The notes beneath the pieces are model-generated. The model saw only the letters and a list, made by a program, of their open reading frames with translations, was not told where the DNA came from and did no database searches. Positions 10,322-21,135 of a stretch of 64,000 nt of DNA are shown here, one piece after another. The DNA is from Oceanispirochaeta sp. (GTDB lineage Bacteria > Spirochaetota > Spirochaetia > DSM-2461): assembly GCA_963666275.2 (NCBI GenBank), contig CAXXOA010000001.1, positions 1,568,001-1,632,000 of the forward strand, read 5' to 3'. Position numbers and translations under genes: made by a program. Within the stretch, counting starts at the first letter, position 1. Each line of letters opens with the position of its first letter.

Positions 10322-12433
10322 ATGGAAACTTTCAAATTTAGAATTGGTGAAGAGGACCTCATTCTGGAAACCGGAAAGATTGCACGGCAGGCTAATGGCT
10401 CTGTTATTGCAAAATATGCCGGTTCAACAGTTATGGCAACAGTCTGCTGCGGATCTGAGTCTGTAGAAGGCCTGGACTATGTTCCTCTTTCAGTGGACTA
10501 TAATGAACGCTACTACGCTGCCGGTAAAATCCCCGGCGGTTTTCTCAAGAGGGAAGCAAGGCCGAAGGACAAGGAAATCCTGGTTTCCCGTCTGATCGAC
10601 CGGCCCATGCGTCCCCTTTTCTATAAAGAGTTCGGAAGAGAGATTCAGGTTGTACCTATGACTATCTCTACCGATCAGATTCATACACCTGACGTCATTG
10701 GAATGATCGCTTCTTTCGCTGCTGTTATGGTATCTGATATTCCCTTTAACGGACCTGTAGCTGCTGTCAGAGTGGCTTCACTGAACGGCGAATATGTTAT
10801 CAATCCTACTTTTCAGCAGATTGAAGAGAGTGAACTGGACATTATCGTCGCTGCGTCAGACGATGGTATCTGCATGGTTGAAGGGGGAGCCAAAGAGGTT
10901 TCTGAAGAACTCATGCTGGGTGCTATCCAGGCGGCAGAAGTCATTCTGAAAGATCTCTGTGCTTTTCTGGCTGATATGGCTGCTAAATGCGGTAAGGAAA
11001 AACTTCCTTTAACCGAAAAGACAATCAAGCTTGAAAAATGGGATGAAATCTGGAATGAAATCTATCCCCAGATGGAAAAAGCCTGTTTTGAAGATGGTAA
11101 GTTCGCTAGAAGATATGCCATCAAAGCCATTAAGAATGCAGTAATGGAAAAATACGGAGAAGAGATTCCCGAAGAGCAGCAGAAGCTGGTAGGGGATCTT
11201 TTTGAAGAGATGGAACGGGTTATTATCCGAACCTCCATTATTGAAGACAATAAGCGCTGCGACCAGAGAAAGAGCGATGAAATTCGCCCCATTACCTGCG
11301 AAGTCGATCTGCTGCAGAGAACTCACGGCAGTGCTCTGTTTACCAGAGGGGAAACCCAGTCTATCGGTGTAACTACTCTTGGCAGTGTTCTTGATGAACA
11401 GATCATGGATGATATAGACGGTGACAGAAGAGCCAGCTTTATGCTGCACTATAACTTCCCTCCCTACTCTGTAGGTGAAACAGGAAGGCTCGGTACCGGA
11501 CGTCGTGAAATCGGCCATGGTCACCTGGCTCAGCGGGCGCTGGAAGGTGTACTTCCTCCCAAAGATAAATTTCCCTATACAATCCGTGTTGTTTCCGAGA
11601 TCACAGAATCCAACGGTTCTTCCTCTCAGGCCACGATCTGTAGTGGAACTCTGTCCCTGCTGAATGCGGGTGTTCCCATCCGCAAACCCGTTGCCGGTAT
11701 AGCCATGGGTCTTATCAAGGAAGGCGAGAAGTTTGTTGTTCTTTCCGACATCCTCGGTGAAGAGGATCATATGGGAGATATGGACTTCAAGGTTGCCGGA
11801 TCTGAAGACGGTATTACCGCTTTCCAGATGGATATCAAGATTCCGGGAATCAGTATCGACATCATGAAATCTGCTCTTCAGCAGGCTCTTGAGGGACGTA
11901 AACACATTCTGGGTATCATGAATGAAACAATCAGTGAACCCAACGAAGATGTGTCGGATTTTGCACCGAAAGTCCTTTCCATGAAAGTGGATGTGGACAA
12001 AATCGGTCTTCTGATCGGTCCCGGTGGTAAAAACATCAAGTCCATGTCTGAAAAGAGTGGTGCTAAAATCAATATCGATGAGGATGGAACAATCAGCATT
12101 TTTGCCCGTGAAAAGAAAGGGGCTGTAATGGCTGAAACCATGATCAAAGGTATGATTGAGGAACCTGAAGTAGGACGAGTCTATCAGGGTGTGGTAAAAC
12201 GCATTATGGATTTCGGTGCTTTTATTGAAATCCTGCCCGGAAAAGAGGGACTCTGTCACATTTCCAAGCTTTCTAAAGAACGTGTGAACAGTGTTTCAGA
12301 CATTCTGAAAGAGGGACAGGAAATTGAAGTCCGTCTCATTGAAGTGGATAGAATGGGCAGAATCAACCTCAGTGTTGTAGATGCACAGGATGCCAACTGG
12401 AAACCCCGTTCCGGCGGCGGTAACCGCAGATAG
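10322..12433 (+). CDS. pnp: polyribonucleotide nucleotidyltransferase (PNPase)
   Basis: AGKIPGGFLKRE, RLIDRPMRP, RREIGHG, ESNGSSS, GDMDFKVAG, KH and S1 domains. Confidence 0.99.
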   Translation: METFKFRIGEEDLILETGKIARQANGSVIAKYAGSTVMATVCCGSESVEGLDYVPLSVDYNERYYAAGKIPGGFLKREARPKDKEILVSRLIDRPMRPLFYKEFGREIQVVPMTISTDQIHTPDVIGMIASFAAVMVSDIPFNGPVAAVRVASLNGEYVINPTFQQIEESELDIIVAASDDGICMVEGGAKEVSEELMLGAIQAAEVILKDLCAFLADMAAKCGKEKLPLTEKTIKLEKWDEIWNEIYPQMEKACFEDGKFARRYAIKAIKNAVMEKYGEEIPEEQQKLVGDLFEEMERVIIRTSIIEDNKRCDQRKSDEIRPITCEVDLLQRTHGSALFTRGETQSIGVTTLGSVLDEQIMDDIDGDRRASFMLHYNFPPYSVGETGRLGTGRREIGHGHLAQRALEGVLPPKDKFPYTIRVVSEITESNGSSSQATICSGTLSLLNAGVPIRKPVAGIAMGLIKEGEKFVVLSDILGEEDHMGDMDFKVAGSEDGITAFQMDIKIPGISIDIMKSALQQALEGRKHILGIMNETISEPNEDVSDFAPKVLSMKVDVDKIGLLIGPGGKNIKSMSEKSGAKINIDEDGTISIFAREKKGAVMAETMIKGMIEEPEVGRVYQGVVKRIMDFGAFIEILPGKEGLCHISKLSKERVNSVSDILKEGQEIEVRLIEVDRMGRINLSVVDAQDANWKPRSGGGNRR

Positions 12434-12458
12434 ATTCTATCGAAAGATAATCAAAGGA

Positions 12459-12486
12459 GGGGGCTGTTTTCTGACAGCTCCTTTTT
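12459..12486 (+). terminator. intrinsic terminator after pnp
   Basis: GGGGCTGT-tttctg-ACAGCTCC stem followed by TTTTT. Confidence 0.75.
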
Positions 12487-12507
12487 CAATTATAAAGGAA
12501 TGTAATC

Positions 12508-12948
12508 ATGAAAAAAATCCAGGTTCCCGTTACGGGCAATAGCGAGATGACTCCCCATTATGGATCAGATCTGGCTGCCGGTGCTGATCTGAGAGCTGAT
12601 ATTGAAGAACCTATTGTGATCGAACCGGGGCGGCACTGCATGATTCCCACGGGGCTTAAAATGGCGATACCCGCTGGATACGAAGGCCAGGTACGACCCC
12701 GGTCCGGACTGGCCGCAAAACATGGCCTGACGGTTCTGAATACACCAGGGACCATCGATGCCGATTACAGGGGGGATGTAAAAGTTATCCTTATCAATCT
12801 CGGCCCCGATGCTGTTACCATACACAGGGGCGAGAGGATTGCCCAGCTTGTTATTGCCCCGGTCCTGAGAGCGGATTTTGTCTGGACCGATTCTCTGGAA
12901 GAGACCGGGCGAGGTGAGGGAGGTTTCGGCTCAACCGGAAGAAAGTAA
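12508..12948 (+). CDS. dut: dUTP diphosphatase
   Basis: [37 protein letters not shown]. Confidence 0.98.
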   Translation: MKKIQVPVTGNSEMTPHYGSDLAAGADLRADIEEPIVIEPGRHCMIPTGLKMAIPAGYEGQVRPRSGLAAKHGLTVLNTPGTIDADYRGDVKVILINLGPDAVTIHRGERIAQLVIAPVLRADFVWTDSLEETGRGEGGFGSTGRK

Positions 12949-14033
12949 TGAGAGCTTTTCTGATCTTCTGCTTTTTTTTATGGTTCTCTTCTCCTTTTTA
13001 CGGAGAGAATCTCCTCCTGGAGGAGCTTGAAACAGCAGTGGAAAATGGAAATTATCACAGAATCCTCTCGTTAAGAAATGAAATCCTCGGCTCCCTGGAA
13101 AAAGAAAAGGATCCACTGATCAGAACAGTTTTAAAAAGAGCCCTCTGGATTGATGGGATATCTTTTACAGGCAGTGGTGTTTTTGATCCCTTCATTTCCT
13201 CTCTGAAAGTCGTGGATGATGATGTCTGGATCGGTACCAGGAGCGGGGATATCGCCAGATACTCCCTTTCAGAAAGGCAGTGGTTCCTGCTTCAGCAGGG
13301 AGCCCCGTCTCTGGCCATACGATCAGTGAATGCCATAGAAGCTGACAGGGACAGGATCTGGTTTCTGTCCTACGGCTCGGTACATATGTATGACAGAAGA
13401 ACAGGCCGCCTGTTCCGGGCGGATCTTCCGGACAGTGTAGCCTATAGAGGGATGCAGAGCCTTTCCATGCTGGGGCGTGGCGTTCTGGTGGGAACCCAGG
13501 GTCAGGGACTGAGAAGGATCCTCCTCCGGGAGGAGACAAACCTTTCCTATCCGGATTTGAAAAATGTTTCCTATCTGAAGCAGATGGATGATGATACCCT
13601 TTACGCCGGTACGGAGGAACACGGCCTTTTTCTTGTGGACAGGGCCGGGAAAATACTCCCTGCTGTAGAGAATAACAGGCGGACATCCGGTGTAAGAGTC
13701 CTTATTCCTATGGAAAATGGCTTGCTGGCCGGATCCTACGGCAATGGATTGTTCCTGCTGGAAAAAACAGGAAACAGATTCGATTACAGTAAAATCTACA
13801 CTGCCGCTCACTGGATTACCGGTGGATCCGCAACAGCCCGGGGCTATTGCTTCAGTTCTCTGGGAAATGGTTTAATATATATGGATGGAAATGATATGTC
13901 CTTGCACTTTGCAGGAATTGAGGAAGGCCTTCCTACACTGGATTATACCAGTATAGATTACAGTGCTCCTTATTTAATCTGCGGAACTCAGGATCAGGGG
14001 TTGCTAGTTGTACACGAAGACTTTTTTAAATAG
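12948..14033 (+). CDS. exported beta-propeller-like hypothetical protein
   Basis: Signal-peptide-like N-terminus; repeated blade motifs WIGT, LVGTQGQGL, YAGTEEHGL, GSYGNGL, CGTQDQGL. Confidence 0.7.
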   Translation: MRAFLIFCFFLWFSSPFYGENLLLEELETAVENGNYHRILSLRNEILGSLEKEKDPLIRTVLKRALWIDGISFTGSGVFDPFISSLKVVDDDVWIGTRSGDIARYSLSERQWFLLQQGAPSLAIRSVNAIEADRDRIWFLSYGSVHMYDRRTGRLFRADLPDSVAYRGMQSLSMLGRGVLVGTQGQGLRRILLREETNLSYPDLKNVSYLKQMDDDTLYAGTEEHGLFLVDRAGKILPAVENNRRTSGVRVLIPMENGLLAGSYGNGLFLLEKTGNRFDYSKIYTAAHWITGGSATARGYCFSSLGNGLIYMDGNDMSLHFAGIEEGLPTLDYTSIDYSAPYLICGTQDQGLLVVHEDFFK

Positions 14034-15309
14034 AAAAGGATCCTATTTTACTCTCTACTGGTACATATCAAAGGAATTTTTTCTTTCTTTTCTGGTCTCC
14101 TTTCTTTTTTTCTTTTTTATATTTTTTATAAATCAGCTGCTCCTTCTCGCCGAGGATATCCTGGCAAAACAGGTGCCTTTTCAGGATGTTATTCGTCTGA
14201 TCTTCTACTCCCTTCCGTCCATCATTGCCATCTCTTTTCCTTTTGCCACTCTTGTGGGAACTCTCATGACCTTCGGGCGCTTCTCTTCGGACAATGAAAT
14301 ACTTGCCATGAAGTGTTCGGGGATTACCTATAACAGGATTTTTCTGCCTGTGTTTATCATTGGTATCCTCTTTTCGTTTCTTTCCTTTTTTGTGAACGAC
14401 TACCTGCTCCCCCTGGGGACAATGAGGTTTACAAAACTCTACCGGGAGCTGATATACAGAAATCCCGAAATGGAACTGGAGTCCTATTCGATCAAATATT
14501 TTCAGGATAAAATCCTTATTACCGGAGTTGTGAACGGCAAGAGCATAGACAATATGATTATCATCGAAAAGGACAGTGAATCTGACCGGAGGATCATCAC
14601 AGCAGACAGGGGAGAGATCGACAGTTCTTTTGAAGACAACGGGGTGATCTCTTTTCAGCTGGAATCGATTCTTGACCATGAGTCGGTGAAAAGGAATCAG
14701 GGGGAATACTCCTACAGCAGGGCGGACAGGATGGTGTACAATATCCTGCTGAAGGATATTACCAACTCCATAAGAAATCCCGGTCCCAGAGAGATGAGTT
14801 CTCTGGATGTGTACAGAAGCATTAAAGAGAAGCAGATTAAATACGATCTGAAGGTTTTTCAGCAGGAACAGAAAGTTCTGCAGAGCTTTTCCTCCTACTA
14901 TGGAAACTGGCTTTCCATGAACAGTGAAACAAATCCTTCTCACCTGAAGGATGAAACTCTGCGGATAAACCTACTGAGAGACAGTTTTGAAAAGAACAGG
15001 GGGTCCACTGTTCATGACAGGTCTCTTCAGGTATGGAAACTGGAATTCTATCAGAAATTCGCCATTCCATTTTCCTGTCTGCCCTTTGTTATTCTGGCAT
15101 TCCCCCTGGGGCTGTTTACGAAACGCAGCGGAAAGTCCGTTGGCTTCGGGATCGGACTTTTTATTACCATCCTCTACTGGGGAATGCTTGTGGCAGGAAG
15201 AACCATGGGAATCAGGACCTTCTATCCCCCCGCATTGACCATGTGGTTCCCCAATATTCTGATCCTGGTCGTCGGTATGACCCTCTATCTTTTCAGGGCG
15301 GGAAAATGA
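14008..15309 (+). CDS. lptF: LptF/LptG family permease (LptF-like)
   Basis: Three N-terminal TMs, SSDNEILAMKCSG motif, periplasmic domain, C-terminal TMs ending WFPNIL. Confidence 0.85.
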   Translation: MYTKTFLNRKGSYFTLYWYISKEFFLSFLVSFLFFFFIFFINQLLLLAEDILAKQVPFQDVIRLIFYSLPSIIAISFPFATLVGTLMTFGRFSSDNEILAMKCSGITYNRIFLPVFIIGILFSFLSFFVNDYLLPLGTMRFTKLYRELIYRNPEMELESYSIKYFQDKILITGVVNGKSIDNMIIIEKDSESDRRIITADRGEIDSSFEDNGVISFQLESILDHESVKRNQGEYSYSRADRMVYNILLKDITNSIRNPGPREMSSLDVYRSIKEKQIKYDLKVFQQEQKVLQSFSSYYGNWLSMNSETNPSHLKDETLRINLLRDSFEKNRGSTVHDRSLQVWKLEFYQKFAIPFSCLPFVILAFPLGLFTKRSGKSVGFGIGLFITILYWGMLVAGRTMGIRTFYPPALTMWFPNILILVVGMTLYLFRAGK

Positions 15310-16388
15310 ACACACTTCATAAAATGATTATCAAAGATTTCATTCCGACTCTGCTGGTGTCCATGATGTTTTTTTTGCTGATTCTGCAGCTTGTGGATCT
15401 TTTCGGAAATCTCTGGCGCTATCTGAATGCAGAGGTCCCGCTCCGGGATATCGGACGTGTCGCTCTCCTGTACATTCCCAAGTGCATCTCTTTTTCCATG
15501 CCTATCTCGATCCTTTTTTCAATCTCTTTCATTCTGGGAAACTACTATGCCAACAATGAACTGATTGCGGTTTTCGGATCAGGATATTCTCTTTACCGCT
15601 TCACATTGCCTCTGATAATTATTGGACTGCTGCTCAGTCTGGGAGGTTTCTACTTCGAGGACAGGGTCGTGATTCCCACATACAAAGAAAAGAATGCCCT
15701 CTCTGATCTGCTTCTGGGGCAGTCCGCTTCCATGAGCAACTCCAATGTGACCGTACTCAGCCACAGGAACCAGATTATCTACAATGCGGATTTCTACAAT
15801 GATCAGAGAAAGAGTCTGACAGGAGTGACCCTGCTTTTTTTCACTCCCCAGGGGGAATTCCTCTCCCGGGTGGACGGTTCCCGGGCGGAATGGAACGAAA
15901 AGGAGGGCTGGGTTGTCAGGAATGCCAGAATCTTCCGTTTTTCCGGGGAAACCGGTTATATGGAGGAGGAGAACAGTGCCTCCTGGAGTGACGAACGACT
16001 GGATGAACCTCCCGGGTCCTTTCAGAGGCTGACCCGTAAAATTGATGAAATGAACTCGCAGGATGCCAAAATCTGGGTGGAATCCCTGAGGAGAACCGGT
16101 TTTCCCTATAAAGGGGCTCTCACAGAGTATTATCAGCGTTTTTCCTTTGCTCTCACACCCCTTGTGGTCGCCATGCTTTCCTGTTCCCTGGGGGGACGGT
16201 TTAAAAAGAACATACTTCTTATGAGCCTCCTTTCCAGCCTGGTGGTTTCTGTTATATATTACGTTACTCAGATGATAATGGTATTATTGGCAAAGCTCGG
16301 GTATATACCGCCTCTGTACGGTGCCTGGGCGGCCTTTGTCCTTTTCAGTCTGGTCGGGCTGGTCCTGTTGAAGACGGCCCACACTTAA
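15306..16388 (+). CDS. lptG: LptF/LptG family permease (LptG-like); start moved to ATG 15306, which overlaps the lptF stop
   Basis: NNELIAVFGSG motif, TM pattern, ATGA coupling with the upstream paralog. Confidence 0.85.
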   Translation: MNTLHKMIIKDFIPTLLVSMMFFLLILQLVDLFGNLWRYLNAEVPLRDIGRVALLYIPKCISFSMPISILFSISFILGNYYANNELIAVFGSGYSLYRFTLPLIIIGLLLSLGGFYFEDRVVIPTYKEKNALSDLLLGQSASMSNSNVTVLSHRNQIIYNADFYNDQRKSLTGVTLLFFTPQGEFLSRVDGSRAEWNEKEGWVVRNARIFRFSGETGYMEEENSASWSDERLDEPPGSFQRLTRKIDEMNSQDAKIWVESLRRTGFPYKGALTEYYQRFSFALTPLVVAMLSCSLGGRFKKNILLMSLLSSLVVSVIYYVTQMIMVLLAKLGYIPPLYGAWAAFVLFSLVGLVLLKTAHT

Positions 16389-16508
16389 ATGGATTAAACA
16401 CGGCAGCGACGGCGGGAATCAGTCAGTTTCAATTGATAGGACACCCTTTGCCGGCTGCCGGAAGAATGCCTCCTTTTTCAGAGGAGCCTGATTTTCAGAG
16501 GAGAAAAA

Positions 16509-17627
16509 ATGCTGACAATACAACATAAAGATACAGATACCAGGGCCCGGACAGGAATTATGCATCTGCCCCATGGAGATGTGGAAGTTCCCGCATTTAT
16601 GCCTGTCGGAACAAACGGAACTGTGAAAGCCATAAAACACAGGGATGTGGATGAGATGGGATATACCCTGATTCTGGGGAATACCTATCATCTCTATCTC
16701 AGACCGGGGATGGAAGTTATAAAACAGTCCGGAGGGCTTCATGAATTCAGTTCCTGGAAGCATAACATTCTGACTGATTCCGGTGGATTTCAGGTTTTTT
16801 CTCTGGCCACTTTCCGAAAAATCAAAGAGGAAGGTGTCCGTTTCAGGTCCCATATTGACGGAGCCTATCATGTCTTTACCCCTGAAAGTGTAGTAGAGAT
16901 TCAGGAAGCCTTCGGCAGCGATATCCAGATGGCTCTGGATGTTTGTACTCCCCCGGATATTAGCCATAAAGACGCTCTGGAAGCTCTGAGGATCACCACA
17001 AACTGGGCCAAACGGGCCCGTAAACGCTGGGATGAGCGCAAAGAGGGGTATGAAGGAAAACTTTTCGGCATCATACAGGGGAACTTCTATGAAGATCTCA
17101 GAAAAAGGAGCGCCGAAGAAATTCTCGAACTGGATACTCCGGGTATTGCCATCGGAGGACTGTCCGTTGGGGAACCGCCGGAAATGTTCCGCGACTATCT
17201 CCATTATACCGCACAGTTTCTCCCTGAGGAAAAACCCCGCTATGTCATGGGAATCGGTACTCCCGATTACATGCTGGAGGCTGTTGAAGCGGGAATTGAT
17301 ATGTTTGACTGCGTCTATCCCACCAGAATCGCCCGGAACGGGACCTGTTTTACTCAGGAAGGGCTGATCGCACTGAAAAATGAGAAGTTCCGTCTGGATA
17401 CGACGCCCATTGACCCCAGCTGTGACTGCGAAGTCTGCCGGAACTACAGCCGTTCCTATCTGCGGCACCTTTTTAAAGCCAAGGAGATCCTGGGGCCTAT
17501 GCTTGTGACCCAGCATAATCTTCATTTTCTCTACCGGTTCATGGAAGAGGTCAGGGCATCAATCCGGGAAAACCGCTTCAGAGCCTATAAACAGGACTTT
17601 CTGAAACGCTACGGAAAGGGTCTGTAA
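16509..17627 (+). CDS. tgt: tRNA-guanine(34) transglycosylase
   Basis: FMPVGT, LTDSGGFQVFSL, GGLSVGE, DMFDCVYPTR, CDCEVC zinc site. Confidence 0.99.
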   Translation: MLTIQHKDTDTRARTGIMHLPHGDVEVPAFMPVGTNGTVKAIKHRDVDEMGYTLILGNTYHLYLRPGMEVIKQSGGLHEFSSWKHNILTDSGGFQVFSLATFRKIKEEGVRFRSHIDGAYHVFTPESVVEIQEAFGSDIQMALDVCTPPDISHKDALEALRITTNWAKRARKRWDERKEGYEGKLFGIIQGNFYEDLRKRSAEEILELDTPGIAIGGLSVGEPPEMFRDYLHYTAQFLPEEKPRYVMGIGTPDYMLEAVEAGIDMFDCVYPTRIARNGTCFTQEGLIALKNEKFRLDTTPIDPSCDCEVCRNYSRSYLRHLFKAKEILGPMLVTQHNLHFLYRFMEEVRASIRENRFRAYKQDFLKRYGKGL

Positions 17628-17628
17628 A

Positions 17629-19188
17629 TTGAAAGAACCCACCAGGCGGCAGAGCCTCCTTTCCACGATCGCTGTTATGAGCGGGACCCTGGGGTCCCGT
17701 ATCCTGGGGTTTGTCCGTATCGCTCTGATCAGTATGTTTTTCGGAGCCCGGGGGGAGGCGGATGTTTTGAATGCGGTATTCAACATTCCCAATAACTTCC
17801 GGAAGCTGCTGGCCGAAGGGGCCCTCTCTTCGGCCTATATTCCCGAACTGTCCCGGCAGATCCAGGAGGATCCCTCGGAAAAACAGGCAAAACTTCTGAA
17901 CCGGAATATACTGGCTCTTCAGCTGATCATTCTGATTCCCCTCTCTCTGGTCTGCATCTTCTTTCCGGCGGCGGTGCTTAAAATCTTTGTCCGTTTTCCC
18001 GATCCGGAGATGACGCTTCTGGCAATCCGGCTTTTCCGCTGGCTGTTTCACTATATTCTTCTTATCAGTGTGAATGCTGTCCTGATGGCTGTTTTAAACT
18101 CCCATAATCTTTTTCTGATCCCTGCGGTTTCTCCGCTGCTGTTTTCCATTTCAGTGATCGCCTCCATTGTGATCTGGCACTCCGCTCTGGGGATTTTTTC
18201 CATGGTTATCGGCGTTCTGGGAGGAGGACTCGCCCAGATCCTCTGGCAGTATCCCCTCTACCGGAAAATGGGGTACTCCCTGATCCCCCGGGTCGATTTC
18301 AGAAGCCCTCCCTTCCGGAGGGTTATGAAACACTGGGTTCCGGTGCTGATCACATCTTCTATATTTACGATTAATCAGCAGGTGGCTATCCTTCTGGCGA
18401 CGGGGCTCTCCCAGGGAAGCACTACAGCTCTGAGCAATGCGATCGTTTTCTGGCAGCTCCCTTTCGGAATCTTTTCAGCCTCCATCACCACTGTGCTCTT
18501 TCCTAAAATGAGCCGACTGGCCGGCGCCGGGGAGTGGGACAGGCTCTCTCGGGCTATGCAGGACGGAATCCATGTGCTGGGGATGCTTTTGATTCCCTCG
18601 TCAATTCTGCTGATTCTCTTCGGCCCCGAGCTGATTTCAACGGCCCTGCAGAGAGGGGAGTTCCTTCCTGAAGACTCTCTGCTGACCGCCAGGGTGCTGG
18701 CTGCCTACTGCCCCGGAATGCTTTTTGTGGGTATTTACAATCTTTTTCAGAGATCTTTCTACTCAAGGGGAGATTACAGGTTTCCCCTGTATACAGCGGC
18801 AGTGATCGTTGTTACGGATATTTCACTGTCCCTCCTTTTTCTCAGGGCGGGTTACGGAGTAACCAGCCTGGCCTGGGCCAATTCCCTGGCCATGATTGCG
18901 GGGGCGATTATCCTGTGGAGCGGAGCTGTTAAAAGGGTGATCACATTCCGCCGGGGAGAAATGCTCAGGCATTTCGGGAAAGTCCTGGTTTCGCAGATCC
19001 CCATGGTGGCCCTTGTCCTTCTGCTGAAGAAGATCGTCTCTCCCTCCCTGTTTACCAGGGGGAGCAGCTGGGGGAATCTGGGAATCCTCGCTGTGGAAGG
19101 AGTCCTCTCCCTGCTGGTGCTCTTCCTTTTTTATTCTTTAATGAAACTGGATATCACGTCGATCCTTAAAAAAAGGAGAAAGGGGTAA
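17629..19188 (+). CDS. murJ: lipid II flippase MurJ (MviN)
   Basis: SRILGFVR, FNIPNNFRKLLAEGALS, QLPFGIF; about 14 TMs. Confidence 0.96.
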   Translation: MKEPTRRQSLLSTIAVMSGTLGSRILGFVRIALISMFFGARGEADVLNAVFNIPNNFRKLLAEGALSSAYIPELSRQIQEDPSEKQAKLLNRNILALQLIILIPLSLVCIFFPAAVLKIFVRFPDPEMTLLAIRLFRWLFHYILLISVNAVLMAVLNSHNLFLIPAVSPLLFSISVIASIVIWHSALGIFSMVIGVLGGGLAQILWQYPLYRKMGYSLIPRVDFRSPPFRRVMKHWVPVLITSSIFTINQQVAILLATGLSQGSTTALSNAIVFWQLPFGIFSASITTVLFPKMSRLAGAGEWDRLSRAMQDGIHVLGMLLIPSSILLILFGPELISTALQRGEFLPEDSLLTARVLAAYCPGMLFVGIYNLFQRSFYSRGDYRFPLYTAAVIVVTDISLSLLFLRAGYGVTSLAWANSLAMIAGAIILWSGAVKRVITFRRGEMLRHFGKVLVSQIPMVALVLLLKKIVSPSLFTRGSSWGNLGILAVEGVLSLLVLFLFYSLMKLDITSILKKRRKG

Positions 19189-19191
19189 TTC

Positions 19192-20625
19192 ATGACTTTC
19201 AGAATCTTTTTCTTTCTGTTCATTCTGTTTTTTTCGGTTCTGTCTCTCCCGGCACAAACAGAGGGGGCCTCAGATGCCGCAGGAACCGCTGATGAGACTG
19301 CGGGCAGTGAAGAGAAAGATTCTGCCGAAGAGGAACAGCAGAAACTGATAGAATCCCTGAATGAGAAAAAAAGGGATACCCTCAGATACGGCATAGATTC
19401 GGAAGTCCTGGATGTGATCAGTACGATCCGCTCGGAAAACGACAGTTCCTTCAACGAAGACCTGGAACAGCTCCTTTCAGAAAACAATAATCCTGAAATC
19501 AATAGAGCCATATTTGATTTTTTCAGCCATATAGAATCAGATGCAGGACGGGATAAGGCTATTCAGCTGGTACAGGATCATCTTGACGATTACGAGTTCA
19601 GTACAAATCTGATCCTTTCGGCTGTTTCCTATCTGGGACAGATGAAAGTCTCTGACGCGGGTGAACTCTTTTATGAAATGATTCATGACAATAATAAGAG
19701 TCTGGCCGGAGCCGCCCTGAGGGGGATTGGAAAACTGGAGGATCCCTCCAGAGCGGAAGAAATTCTCCAGCTCTTCAGAGACAATGAAGGGGACAGCGAT
19801 TTCGAGGATATTCTCGCCTCGGCCATTCTTGTTCTGGGGGATCTGGGATATTCCGAAGCCGCGGAACTTTTTGAAGAGATCCTTCAGGATGAGGATTCTC
19901 CTACTGTCCACAGACAGTATGCCGCTGTCTCTCTGGGGAAGCTGAAGCAGGATGAAGGCTTTGAAATCCTCAAGGAGCAGTACAGGATTCTGGAGGACAG
20001 CAACCTCCGGTCCTATGTGCTCAAAGGGCTGACAGAATACGATCGGAGCGAACTGGATTCGCTGCTTATATCCGCTCTGCGGGACTCTTTCTGGCGGATC
20101 CGTGTGGCCGCCTGCGAAGGCCTTGCCTCCCGGAAGGTGGAGGACGCGGCGGATATTCTTATCTATAAAGCGGAAAACGATCCGGTCAGGCAGGTGCGGT
20201 ATTCGGCTCTTAGCACCCTGGGGGAGCTTTCCGGAGAAAATGCCTCCTCTTTTATTCTGAAACAGTTTGAAGGGGAGAGGATCCCCTTTGATATCCGGTC
20301 AAAGGCTCTGGATATCATGATGAGTAAAAAACTTCCCGGGACAATTGAAAGCCTCCATACGGTTCTGGATGAGAAACTTGAAAAAGATAAAGACAATGAA
20401 CTGGGCCCTTTCTGTAAAACACTCTCGACCACACAGTGGACCGAACTGAAACCATTCTATGACGCCATGCTGGATAATGCGGATTTTATTGTGCGTATAT
20501 ACGGTATCCGGGGGATCAAGATCAATGGGCTCAGTGAGCTCAAAGCCCGTGTGGAGGGACTGGATAATGAGAATCAGCCTGTCAATGTGAGAAGGGAAGT
20601 AAAGGCCGCCCTGGAGGCTCTCTAG
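19192..20625 (+). CDS. exported HEAT-repeat protein
   Basis: Signal peptide; repeated helical units such as ALRDSFWRIRVAACEGL and DPVRQVRYSALSTLG. Confidence 0.8.
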   Translation: MTFRIFFFLFILFFSVLSLPAQTEGASDAAGTADETAGSEEKDSAEEEQQKLIESLNEKKRDTLRYGIDSEVLDVISTIRSENDSSFNEDLEQLLSENNNPEINRAIFDFFSHIESDAGRDKAIQLVQDHLDDYEFSTNLILSAVSYLGQMKVSDAGELFYEMIHDNNKSLAGAALRGIGKLEDPSRAEEILQLFRDNEGDSDFEDILASAILVLGDLGYSEAAELFEEILQDEDSPTVHRQYAAVSLGKLKQDEGFEILKEQYRILEDSNLRSYVLKGLTEYDRSELDSLLISALRDSFWRIRVAACEGLASRKVEDAADILIYKAENDPVRQVRYSALSTLGELSGENASSFILKQFEGERIPFDIRSKALDIMMSKKLPGTIESLHTVLDEKLEKDKDNELGPFCKTLSTTQWTELKPFYDAMLDNADFIVRIYGIRGIKINGLSELKARVEGLDNENQPVNVRREVKAALEAL

Positions 20626-20629
20626 TCGG

Positions 20630-21082
20630 TTATTCCTGGCCGGGATTCAACAGCAGGGAGTATTCGCTGGTGGACAGGCTCGAATTATCCTCTTTCGGGT
20701 TATCCAGATTGTTTCTGATCTCTTTCCGTATCTCCTGAATATCCTGTAGATGCCTGGCCATGCTGCGTTTTATATCGGGGAATTTCTCTTTTTCCTCTTC
20801 AGTGAAAAACGAGGGTTTCTCCAGAACCGCTTCCTGCAGCTCTGTCAGTTTCTTTTTCAGCTTCTGTACGGAAAAAAGATAGTCCTTTCGGCGGATCAGG
20901 TAGGGATTCTCCTTCAGAAGCTTATAGTGCCGGCTGAGAAGGGTATCTATGAAGAAGAGATCCTCCAGCAGCTTGGCGGAAAAGAAATCTTTATCGATGG
21001 ATAGTTTCAACCCGTTTTTCAGTCTGGTAATATCTGTGAGAAGATAAAAAAGATTATCCTCGTAATGGACTTTTTCACTCAT
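20630..21082 (-). CDS. conserved-looking helical hypothetical protein
   Basis: 150-aa ORF with an AGGAG SD, filling the gap between the HEAT gene and rpsF. Confidence 0.75.
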   Translation of the reverse strand: MSEKVHYEDNLFYLLTDITRLKNGLKLSIDKDFFSAKLLEDLFFIDTLLSRHYKLLKENPYLIRRKDYLFSVQKLKKKLTELQEAVLEKPSFFTEEEKEKFPDIKRSMARHLQDIQEIRKEIRNNLDNPKEDNSSLSTSEYSLLLNPGQE

Positions 21083-21135
21083 ATCTCAAAACTCCTGCGT
21101 TTCTGCTATATGTTTCGGCATAATGAGAAGTTACC

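Noticed and set aside
11009..12259. 416-aa antisense ORF
   Set aside because: Antisense shadow of the highly expressed pnp gene.
15033..15305. Apparent 91-codon overlap of lptG with lptF
   Set aside because: The true start is ATG 15306 (ATGA coupling); the extension is not LptG-like.
16389..16508. preQ1 riboswitch upstream of tgt
   Set aside because: No preQ1-I-type stem/loop with an A-rich tail is recognisable; kept only as an unassigned hairpin.
16419..17525. 368-aa antisense ORF
   Set aside because: Antisense shadow of tgt.
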